Positions 10,090-20,500 of a DNA stretch of 64,000 bases are shown here, piece after piece. Position 1 is the first letter of the stretch; each line of letters starts with the position of its first letter. This DNA comes from a virus (lineage: Duplodnaviria; Caudoviricetes). The stretch covers positions 1 through 64,000 of IMG/VR virus record IMGVR_UViG_3300021387_000573; one strand, written 5' to 3'. The translations under genes were made by a program, and so were the position numbers. Under the pieces are notes generated by a model that saw only the letters and a list, made by a program, of their open reading frames with translations, searched no databases and had not been told where the DNA came from.

Positions 10090-13000
10090 TTATCCTCCTA
10101 TATAGAAGCAGCCTGTGCGATGTGAGTCTGTTCCGTTCGAATAATCTTCGAAGCGAGAGCTGTCTCCAATTATTAGATATTTGCGCACAGTAATGTTTAA
10201 GGCGTTAACGCCGTCTTTGTCGGCAATCAATATGTTTTCTGGGTCGTTGCCGGTATATCGTCTGACATGCATACCTGTATTGTCCAGATGATTCTCCATC
10301 TCTTCGTCGCTTTTACGGATCGTAAGACCGTCTGCGTTAAACGTGTAGCCGGTGCTTGTCGTAACAGAATCTTGCGGAGTGTCCTCAGCATTTTCAAGTT
10401 TCGTGACCCTGACAAAGAGACCTTTGTTGTCGGAGATTATATTTGTTACCGCGTTTTGCAGTTCATTATACCCAGCGCGAAGACTTGATAGTGGAATGCT
10501 ATCATCGCCGACCCCACCAACAGAAATGTTGATGGATGAGCCATTGAGTACGACATACCCGTCGCTGTCGATATACATTATCGGCTCAAAAGCTTCTTCA
10601 CCATCGTCAACGACTCTTCTCCTGATTGTAAATAAGTCTGCGGTGGAGCTTGGCTCGGTTGTGATTACGAGACCGCCCTCGCCGATCTCAACCGTATTGT
10701 CTGCGTTATAGATTCCAACGTTTTGAGAGAGTATAAGGTTGCCGACCAATGTATCCGCAATAACACCAAATGCCTCTTCTACTTGCTTTGTTCTCGGATT
10801 ATAGAATAGGAACTTTCCAACACCGGCTTTGGACGTTAACCAACCATCATCGGTTACATATAAGCCATTGCTGATAATTTTAAGCTGTTGATCATCATAA
10901 TCACCGCTAAGATCATCAAGCCGTCTACAAAGTAGCCCGTTTTCATCGAAACACACATCTTGATTATCCGAGTTGTTTACAATCTTTAGCGTTGTAAGCG
11001 ACAAACCTCTGTTTACCCATTCGTTCAGCAAGGAATTTGATTTTTTTCCTTTGTCGGCTTGCTTGACAACACCATCATACGATGTAGCCATGCTTTGGAT
11101 TTTCTCCATAAGACTCGAATGGTCATTAACAGCGCAAACATCAGAATACTCGACAGTTATATTTTCTGGATCTTCATAATCGATCTCGTACTCGATAAGT
11201 CGCAATCTATAAACAACTCCGTCCACCGGCATCCTTATCCAGTTTCCACACTCAAAATAATCAACGATAGACGAGAACTCACGCATCAATAACAGGTTTT
11301 TTAGTGATGACTTTATACTGTGCTGAAGTGTTGCAGATTTGATTATTTCCTCTTTTGCAGAAGCTATGAACTGATTGGCGTTGGATATCAATTCTGAATT
11401 ATTTAATCCATCAGAAATATAGTTATCGTTTTTGTAAGTATCTTCTCGTTTATACGAAACAAGTTCAGTCCACAACTCTTCTCCAATGTAATCCTGAAAA
11501 TTTAACTCAGCCTGAACATACGCGCGTTTTTCTTCGATAAAACCTTGCACGCCATTCTCAACCAAATCTATTTCGCTTTCTCTCGTGCTTATTTCTCCCA
11601 TGATGGCGCCGAGTTTTTCATAATATGGGATATATATATTGTTATAAACGTCACGATCAGCTTGTGTCTTAATATCAGAAGTATTAGGAATGCCTTGCTG
11701 GATCATGATGTTTAAAACCGCTTGGCATGAATCATAGAACAACCTTAAATAAGAAAGGCTATACTTTCTAAGTTCAACCTGAAATTCCGAATAGTTTTTA
11801 TTAAATATCGAGACGATATCAAATCCATTATCGCTTTTGTCAAACAGCGCGTTCTTTATCTTTTGATTAACAAACGACTCGTAGTCATCATCAAACGTAA
11901 AGACAGCCGAACATGTAGCCGAGTCAGAATCGTCTAAACGATTTTTTACAATTATCTCTCCGCTCCACGCTTTGGTTTCTTGATCGAAGTTTGACGAAGA
12001 AATATTGGCCGAATATCTATAATCTATATAAAGTTTTATATAATTAAGCACGCTGCTGTTTGCAGAATAGGACGATAGTTTCCCAATATCACTAACAGAA
12101 ATAGTCGATGGCGAAATACTTGAGATGGCATCCGCCTGCTCTTGCGCACTTGTATCAGAATGCACAATTTCAGGCATTAAAGCACTGGAAAGAAAATGCT
12201 TGAAATCAATAACATCATAATATGCACCTGTTAATCCAGAGAAGCCAATAATTGATAACGGTAGCTGCTGTAAATTCAAATTATATTGCTGATACTTTTG
12301 AATGAGATTATTATATTGAGCATTAACCTCGCTATCCATTCCGAAACCGCAAGTGTTATTATAATAATCATACAAAGCATCATAACTTGCCAGCCTGTCT
12401 CTCAAAGCATCGGACATGTCATCCTTTAAATCATCTGATAAATACCAGAGATAATCGCTTCCATTCGGATTACAACTGCGTATCGTTGCCGTCATTAGGT
12501 CATCACCGGCCTCCAGACGGAAACAATTCTTTACAGAATTGACATTAGTGGAATAGTTAATTTCCTTTGCAAGATTCTCTTTCGAAATGAATATATGCGT
12601 GTCTGATCCATATCCTGGACGGATATTTGTTGAACCGCAGCGCTCGCACACGCCATCAATCTTTCCGCGATTCGAGCAATCAAGACAACAGTCTTCTAAG
12701 TCGTATACTCTGATTGATCTGTTGATTGTACCTTGACTTGTCGCCCTGCATCGAACGTCAATATGTAAATCTATTTCAGTAGCAACCTCTTGTAGCGCAT
12801 CATAGATCGTTTTATTATCAAAACTAAAGCTCCTTTGAATATCTTTGATACCAACATCAACATGATCTACGTGATAATGCGGTGCCTTTTCGATCAATCG
12901 ATCCAGTAAAGAGACTGATTTGTTAGACTCGTTATATAAAACTGTTGGGCTATAATCATCCCGTAAAATATCATCTTCGGTATTTATTTCGATGTCATAC

Positions 13001-13326
13001 AGATTTGTTTGCCCAAGCTCTGCTTCACCAAGAGAAATAGCATGTATATTTTTTGTGACCGCATCGCCATCATCTATATCAACGTGAATTTCATACCAAG
13101 TGTCATATTCTCTGCAATATAGTAATTTGAAATCACGAATCTGATCCCAATAATCGGAACATTCGTCCTTGTAGACAAGAAAGAATATTTCCGATGTCCC
13201 CATCATTGAGTCTCTGAATTTTGTTTCATTTGGTTTTATGGCACATATTTTTCGCCCATTGCGATGAGCTAAAATAAACTGCGGCGGTTCTGGAATACCG
13301 TTATTAAATTTTATCTTTATAGCCAT
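10090..13326 (-). CDS. Tail spike / baseplate hub (Tal-like)
   Basis: 1078 aa directly after Dit; RLIEYEIDY, LYVTDDGW.TSKAG, GVIADTLVGNLIL motifs. Confidence 0.7.
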   Translation of the reverse strand: MAIKIKFNNGIPEPPQFILAHRNGRKICAIKPNETKFRDSMMGTSEIFFLVYKDECSDYWDQIRDFKLLYCREYDTWYEIHVDIDDGDAVTKNIHAISLGEAELGQTNLYDIEINTEDDILRDDYSPTVLYNESNKSVSLLDRLIEKAPHYHVDHVDVGIKDIQRSFSFDNKTIYDALQEVATEIDLHIDVRCRATSQGTINRSIRVYDLEDCCLDCSNRGKIDGVCERCGSTNIRPGYGSDTHIFISKENLAKEINYSTNVNSVKNCFRLEAGDDLMTATIRSCNPNGSDYLWYLSDDLKDDMSDALRDRLASYDALYDYYNNTCGFGMDSEVNAQYNNLIQKYQQYNLNLQQLPLSIIGFSGLTGAYYDVIDFKHFLSSALMPEIVHSDTSAQEQADAISSISPSTISVSDIGKLSSYSANSSVLNYIKLYIDYRYSANISSSNFDQETKAWSGEIIVKNRLDDSDSATCSAVFTFDDDYESFVNQKIKNALFDKSDNGFDIVSIFNKNYSEFQVELRKYSLSYLRLFYDSCQAVLNIMIQQGIPNTSDIKTQADRDVYNNIYIPYYEKLGAIMGEISTRESEIDLVENGVQGFIEEKRAYVQAELNFQDYIGEELWTELVSYKREDTYKNDNYISDGLNNSELISNANQFIASAKEEIIKSATLQHSIKSSLKNLLLMREFSSIVDYFECGNWIRMPVDGVVYRLRLIEYEIDYEDPENITVEYSDVCAVNDHSSLMEKIQSMATSYDGVVKQADKGKKSNSLLNEWVNRGLSLTTLKIVNNSDNQDVCFDENGLLCRRLDDLSGDYDDQQLKIISNGLYVTDDGWLTSKAGVGKFLFYNPRTKQVEEAFGVIADTLVGNLILSQNVGIYNADNTVEIGEGGLVITTEPSSTADLFTIRRRVVDDGEEAFEPIMYIDSDGYVVLNGSSINISVGGVGDDSIPLSSLRAGYNELQNAVTNIISDNKGLFVRVTKLENAEDTPQDSVTTSTGYTFNADGLTIRKSDEEMENHLDNTGMHVRRYTGNDPENILIADKDGVNALNITVRKYLIIGDSSRFEDYSNGTDSHRTGCFYIGG

Positions 13327-13341
13327 GTTATTGACCTCAAC

Positions 13342-14154
13342 TTAAATAGAACACTTGATAACAGGCGAATACTTTATTTCAATTTCACATCTCAAAGAAG
13401 AATATATTTGATTGTCCCGATCAGAAATCGTATTGCCCAACTTAAAGAAATCATAATTAAAGTCATTTGCTATATCGTGGCCGGAGTTACTGCTAGATAT
13501 AATTAAACTATCACCAGACATGGTTATGACCTCGTTTGCTTCACAGTTGTTAACTACAGTACGAGAACTAACCAATTCGTTTCTTAGCGTAAGTTTTCCT
13601 GCTTCCAGGCACTTTATTTTTATGTATGGGTAACAATAACCAAGCTCGTCCGAAGAGTCTCGAATCACCAGCGGTTCGGATGTGTCTGATACCACCAGAT
13701 TAAACACTTGTTCCTCTGCATACCCATATGGAGCGTCTGTTTCCACCGTCAGTTGTAACCCAACAACATCAGCGCCGATATAAACTTTTTCTACATTGAA
13801 ACTAGCATGAAAAATTCTCGCGTCTCTTGCATCCCAATAGTAGAATATCAAGTTGCAAAATTCTCTTCTATTTAACCAGCGCATAATTGTTCTGATTAAA
13901 TCGTCGGATAAATAAATATCCTGACCGGAGAACAGGTCAGGATTTTTACATATTCCAAAAGTCGTCGTCAGGCATTCGTCATATTTAGATGAATGTAAAC
14001 TCCAATGCCTTCCATAATTTGCGGAAGTCTTTGTGAAATCAATCTTTGATCCAGCGCTCGCTGTAACAAAACCATCACTATAATCAAAATCACAGATGAT
14101 CAGACCGAAATCGCTCAAATACAAACCATCATATTCAAAATCTAATGCGTTCAC
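13342..14154 (-). CDS. Distal tail protein (Dit)
   Basis: DFEYDG..LSDFGL, RWLNR, TDAPYGY; synteny after TMP. Confidence 0.75.
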   Translation of the reverse strand: MNALDFEYDGLYLSDFGLIICDFDYSDGFVTASAGSKIDFTKTSANYGRHWSLHSSKYDECLTTTFGICKNPDLFSGQDIYLSDDLIRTIMRWLNRREFCNLIFYYWDARDARIFHASFNVEKVYIGADVVGLQLTVETDAPYGYAEEQVFNLVVSDTSEPLVIRDSSDELGYCYPYIKIKCLEAGKLTLRNELVSSRTVVNNCEANEVITMSGDSLIISSSNSGHDIANDFNYDFFKLGNTISDRDNQIYSSLRCEIEIKYSPVIKCSI

Positions 14155-14172
14155 CTGACCGCCTCCTTCTTA

Positions 14173-14481
14173 TCACCTCTTTGCAATCATCTTCGCAAAC
14201 TTTTTCTCATACAATCTCATCTCAAACATAGCTCTATCAATTAACGTCTGATACTTATTTCTGATTTCGTTTGCTTCAAGTATTGCAGATCCGTATTCTT
14301 GTTCAATAGCAGACAATCTACAGATTGCCTCGTCGCATTCTTTCGATATATTTTCAATCTGCTTTTTCAACAGATTATTTTCTTTGGACAAAGAAGCGTT
14401 TTCGGATGTCAACTCAGCAATTGTTTCGGTTAGCCGTTCAATCTTTTGCCTTTGAATCCGAGCCATTCTTTCATCAATCAT
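14173..14481 (-). CDS. Coiled-coil hypothetical protein
   Basis: 102-aa ORF with RBS, heptad pattern. Confidence 0.55.
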   Translation of the reverse strand: MIDERMARIQRQKIERLTETIAELTSENASLSKENNLLKKQIENISKECDEAICRLSAIEQEYGSAILEANEIRNKYQTLIDRAMFEMRLYEKKFAKMIAKR

Positions 14482-14506
14482 TTCTCCATCCCCAAATAAA
14501 GATAGG

Positions 14507-14531
14507 GGAGGGCAGATATAATCTGCCCTCC
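14507..14531 (-). terminator. Hairpin after TMP, possible terminator
   Basis: GGAGGGCAGAT/ATCTGCCCTCC inverted repeat; weak U-tract. Confidence 0.5.
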
Positions 14532-14536
14532 TGAAC

Positions 14537-17500
14537 TTAATTTCTAACGTTTACCTTGTACTTACCCATAGAATTTCCGCCGAACATGGCGTCTTCTGCA
14601 ATGGCTTTGATAATTCTTTCTGCGTTCTTGTCTCTTTGCAATTGAGCAATGAAATCGTTATAGTCGCTTACGCGCTCAATTGAAATATTGACTTCGACGT
14701 TATCGATTCCACCAGACAACGCCCGCTGATTGATACCGCCGTTAACACGTCCAAACATCCGGGACATATCTCTTAACGCAGAAAGCGTTGGTGTAGTGCT
14801 AATACCTGCCCAATTAACTCCGCGCACAGAGTTGATAGCAGCCAGCAAGTTTTCAGTATCGGACGAATCCAATACCAGTTCGGGCTTGCTCGGAGTGCCG
14901 TCAACCTTTGCAATACCGGTATAATCAATGAGGCCACCGGTTTTATACTGCTTCACAGACATGCCGCTCGCAGCGACCATCGCCTGCACATTCGCAAGTA
15001 TTGCGCTGATCACCTGCCCGATAGACGTAAGCTTCGTATCAATACTGCCACCGTACTTAGAAACGATGGAGAACGTGCCGCTACTTCCATCCCAGACTGA
15101 ACGCATCTCATCCGTTGGTGTGTACCCAACGCCTGCGCTTATTCTTTCTATGGTTTGGCAAATAGCATCGGAACTTGCGTTTGTGGCACCAATTAAATCA
15201 TCAATTAAGGCGTCTATGTCATCGAGTCGGCTATTAACAGTTTCCTCATAGTCAGAATACAAATCCTCCATCAGTTTCTTTTGTTCGCTAATATAGTGTT
15301 CATATTCCGTTTCCTGCAAAGACTCTTCAGCTTCTTTTAACTGTTTCTGGAGCTTTTGTACTCTGGATCTGCTTTCCTCAGAAGAATCATTCGTATAGGC
15401 GGCGAGCTGCTTCTGAATATCTGCAATAGTAGAAGTCTGCTTAGAAACCTTTTTCTGATAATCGTAGAGGTCTTTTGCGCTATCCAACGATTTGGTATAT
15501 GCATCAATTAAATCGCGCATTGCCTCCACTTGCTTCTCGATACCCTGCTTCGCGAGATCAGCCGCAGCTCTTTTCTCGTTGTTGGCCTCGGTGATCGACT
15601 GTTGCTGTAAGTCCAATAATTGCTCTCTACGAGCTATCAAGTCCTTGTTCCACGGATCTTTTTGAAGCTCTCCTTCAATTCTCTTGAGTTCTTCGGCGTA
15701 CTGATCCGCCTGAGCCATATAAGTATTATAATTCTGAAGGCGGAGACCAACTGACGTAATACCTTCATCGGTGAATGAGCCGTCGTCATTGAACAATTTG
15801 GAATCTTCTAACAAACCAATAAGAAATTCAGACTCTTCGGTCAACCTGGAAATACGGTCAATTGCGTAATCAAAGTTTTCCCAATTGATTTCTCTGATGG
15901 TTTTTGCGAATTCGATGAGTTGTAATTCCGATTCGCTTATTGCTTCTTTTACGCCATCTATCTCGGAGCGCATCTCGTACCAAGATTTAGAACCTTCTTC
16001 GATCTCGCCTGATTTCATCGCCTGTTCATAATACTTTTGCAGCTCTGCCAGTTCAGATTTCAGCATAGAAAGATTCTTTGACTCTATATCTGCCAAAGAG
16101 GAATAGGCTTTCGCAGATCTCAAATAGCCAGAAGCTTCAAGCTTGTCAATTTCGGCATTAAGCATGTTTGCTTCGTGCTCAATTTGCGAAATCTTGTTCT
16201 CGAAATCTTCTTGTACGGCATCGAAATTTCCGCGATACAAATCACCGAGGCTTTCATGAAGATCATCAACCGCACTCGCGCAATCCAAAGATTTCTCATA
16301 CCACTGCTTATATTCGTTTATGAGCTTTGCGGTTTCCTCGTCGTACTCCGAGATGTCAACGGTTCCTTCACGGACGAGTTTCGCCAAATCATCGCTTAAA
16401 CCAACAGACTCAGCTTCTTTCATGTATCTGTCTGCGGCCTTTTGCTGAAGCTCAATTTCTTTGGTTATCTCCGATATCGCATCTTTAGAAGAAGACAGCC
16501 TCTTGCCGAGACTTTTGAATGTACTATCTATCGTTTTCTTGAATTTGCTAATAGTACGCTCAATCCGATCAATAGCAACTTCGATCCAGTCGATTTTTTG
16601 CTTCTTATCAGAAGCAGAAGAACCTCCGCCGGAACCACCACCAGAACCGGGGCCGCCTCCTAACCCAGAACCAATATCAACATCTTGAAGTGTATCAATT
16701 GGCTTAATCTTTGGCTTCTTTTTATCTTGCTTTGTATAGATTTGTGGATAAGGAAGACTCAAATTCCAGCCGCATGCAACACAATTTGCCATAGTCTCCG
16801 GGTTCATCGTGTTACATTTTGGACATCTTATATGCTTTGGATATTGTTTGCGCCCGCCATCTATGGTTACTAAACTTTTGCTCGGACCTGTCCCAATGGC
16901 GGCAGAACCAAACTTTTTAACCTTGTGCCCATTCCGTTTGGCATCTGCTGTGACATCGGCGGGGAGAACAATGTCGCCAGGTTTAAGATCAACTAACGCC
17001 GGTTTGCCATCATTGAATTCTTTGGCTACGCCGTCCTGGATTACGGTTTCTGGACCAAGTTCATTAACATACGCTTTCCCTCTTGGAGCATTTGTCGTGC
17101 CGCCAGCAAAATGTCCGCCTCTACCGGAAAAGCCGCCGCCGGAATGGGAACTACTGCCGGCTGCAGCGGCTCCCTGAAGTTCGCCATTAGTCGTAACATT
17201 TCCTACAATGTCAACTTCATAAGGGCTTCCTGCAAGCAGAGCATCTAATCTCGACTTAAACCCGTCAATAGCGCTCTCGGCCCCGGAAGCATCGGCGGTT
17301 ACTTCTACACCAGAACCCTTATCGTTTAGTTCGTCAATTCCTTTAGTCGCTTCATTGATCCACTGGTATAGATCCTGCATACCCGTAGTATCGATCATGC
17401 CAGCGGATTCAAGGCTCTTCAGAGCCCCTTGTATATCCCAATAATCAAGCCCATCACCGGCAAGTGACTCGATGATCTGCGGGATTTTCTCGGAATTTTT

Positions 17501-20500
17501 CTTTACTTCGCCCGGGATAAGATCAAGCTTATCCACTAGTTCTCCCATGTCCTCGCCGCTCATCATGGCCTGAACGCCAAGAACATCCAATGCGTCGAGC
17601 AAAGCGATAACAGATGCCTCACTCATTTTTGTAGCTTCCGCAAGAGCGGAGACTGACTTATACGCAAACTGGACATTACCAGCCGCGTCAGCCGTAACCT
17701 TAACCGCATCTCCAAGTTCAGAAGCGTGCTCCTGCAAGTAGCTTACAAAATTAGTCGCATAATCATCAGATGCGAAAACGGCTTCCCAAATACCAGAAGA
17801 AAGCAGTTCGCCAACTTTATCAAGCCCGTAATTGTTCTGCGCCAAGAAATCGCGGTTAAAGAATAAGTCTGCTGCGGCTCGCATCTCATAGGTATCGGTT
17901 TTGCCAGCCTTATAGGATTCAACGGCAGACTGATAAGCTTTCGCCATTTCTGCCGCAGCGTCACCCTTTTCACCGCCTTCAAGCGCCTTCTTATAGTCTT
18001 CGAGAGCCTTTGATGTTACAGTTAATTCATCGCGGAAAGAAACGAGATCATTTATCTGTGCCGACGTTGATTGTTCAGTAGCATTCGCCATGTCGCGTGA
18101 CATGCGCTCAAAATAGATCGCCGCATCCTCTGCGGAATAACCCATTTCAGTAAGACACTGAGCCAATCTGCGGCTTTGATCTTCTGTAAGCTTACCGTCT
18201 TTTAGAAAAGTGTTGACAACATCATCTGCGTCGTCGCCGATTTGTTTGAGACCCTTCTTAAAATTATCGAACGTCTTTTCAGAATCTTTAATACCAAGAG
18301 TCGCCGCAATAGTGCCCAGCAAAGAATCTACTGTTGCTATAGATTCTTTATCTGTCAGATCACCACGCAAACCGACAAGAAAATCCTGAAAAACCGAGAG
18401 CGTTTCCCGTTGCTTGTTGAGGTCGTCTTCTGCTTTAACAAGTTCTTTGTGAAGCCCGTCAAGCGTCTCTTCGTCAGCGTTGTCGAGTTTTGCATCTGTG
18501 ATAGCTTTATTTACAGCGTCAAGTTTTTCACTGGCTGTAGTGTAATCGCTTATTGCGTTGAGGAGTCCACCGAGGCCGGAGCTATTGCGTTCGAGCTCGC
18601 CAATGCCGTCTAAACGCTCTTGCCATGCGTTATCTGTAAAAGACTTGAGCGCTTTTGCGGCATCACTGTTTGCTTTTTCTGTTACCCTGTCCTGCTTATA
18701 TTTTGCAATCTCTTTTAGCAGTTCGAGTTGCCTCTCATACTGATTGTTTTGGCTCTCAAGATTGTCAAGCTCCTCCTGCTCAGTGCTGCTGAGTTCGCCG
18801 GAATCTTTGAGTGCGTTCAGTTCGTCGATGCGCTTCTGAGTTTCATCGACCTTTGACTGCATTTCATCAAACTCTTGCTTTGCTGCTTCGGCATCTTTTT
18901 GAAGCATTTCGAGAGTCGGGTGAGCTTCTCTATAGGCTTTGATGCCAATGGCGACAGCGCCTATGGCGGCACCGATACCGATGATCCATGGAAGGGCAAC
19001 ACCGATAGAGGCTCCAACAGCATCAAAAGAAAGAGCTAATTTGATTTGGTCTTCGGTCAGCCCCTTCGCTGCCAATGAGGCAGCAAGATATTTGGGACTT
19101 AGCAACATTGCTTCATCACCAAGCGAACGCAGGGCAGTCACGGCTACTCCGAGATCTTTAAGTCGCATTTATTAATTGACTGAAGACTGCATTCATAGTA
19201 TAATTTCAACGAGGTGATAAAAATGGGAAAACCAAATTTTTCCATTGAGCAAGTTGCGATTCATTGCCCAAATTGCGGAAATGAAGAAGGGAAAAGGTTC
19301 TTCACATCCGGGGTTGGCGGGAGTTTTGAAGAAACAACCTGCACAAAATGTGGAAGCATTATATCTCAGAATAATAACATTACAAATCCAGCATTCGACG
19401 CAGTTATGAATCCGAAATCAACTGTCACTTGCCCCTTCTGCCAATCTACCAACTGCAAGAAAATCAGTGGTGCTTCTAAGATCGGGAAGGTAGCGCTGTT
19501 TGGTGTGTTTGCTGCTGGGTCTGTTTCTAAAACTTGGCATTGTAATAACTGCGGCAGCAATTTCGGATAATAGGAGTTGTCAATAAATGACATCGGTGCT
19601 ATAATTTCAGTGCATATCGCTCCCCTCAAGTCAGAGAATTAGTAGGATGATGAACGGCGTCTGAACATTCTCGGACGAGAAGGGAGGTGGGATATGGTTG
19701 AATCGGTGTTGTTAAGCGCCTTAGTAGACCTCCTCGTTGGTATCATTTTGATCGCCATCGAGCGTCTCACTGAAAATTAAATAGCGGTGTGCCAGGGACT
19801 GTGTGCAGCAGTCCCTGTTTTTTATTTTGAAAAAGCATTGACATACTACAATAATTGTAGTATTATTGTAGTGAAAGGAGGGGCGTATGAACGATAAGGC
19901 ACTAAATATCAAAATACCAGCAGAGTTATATAATCAGCTTAAAGAAGAAGCGGCGAAAAAGAATATTTCATTGGCTTCGCTTGTCAGGCTGATATGCTCT
20001 GAGTATTTTGAGAACAAATGAAAAAGCTCCGCAACGTGTGAATAGCTTGGCGGCATCCACGTCACAGAGCTCCCGACCGAAGGAGATCGGTCTGTAAATC
20101 TATCCTACTACAAATCGGTCTCCTTGTCAAACATCAATGATTTGTAAGGAGATTTTATGGAAGACGCAAAAGAATATACGTTTACCAGAAATGCAGAAGG
20201 GACCATCATTATCAATGAGAAATGGCCGCCGGTAGACATCGCGCCTGCGACTTCTCTGAGCCGTGCCTCCTTGTTTGCTCTGAATTGGGCAACCGGAGGC
20301 TGCGCTGGGCAACTCGACACCGAAGACATTTTCTCGTTTCTTGATCCTGTTATTCATGGATCTTATCATGGGGTGCCGGATGGATTTGTAAATTCACCAG
20401 ACCTCAATACGGCGCTTATGGTATTTGAACATAAGCCCTCAGAAGTGGAGCTGCGCACCAAGGCGGATCAGGTCTTCACGTTCATTGATACATATAGACA

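Noticed and set aside
14537-19168. Stand-alone 1543-aa gene starting at ATG 19168 (likewise ORF 21772..22386)
   Set aside because: No RBS; the G of each ATG is the predicted terminal G of an intron, so these are better read as TMP exons
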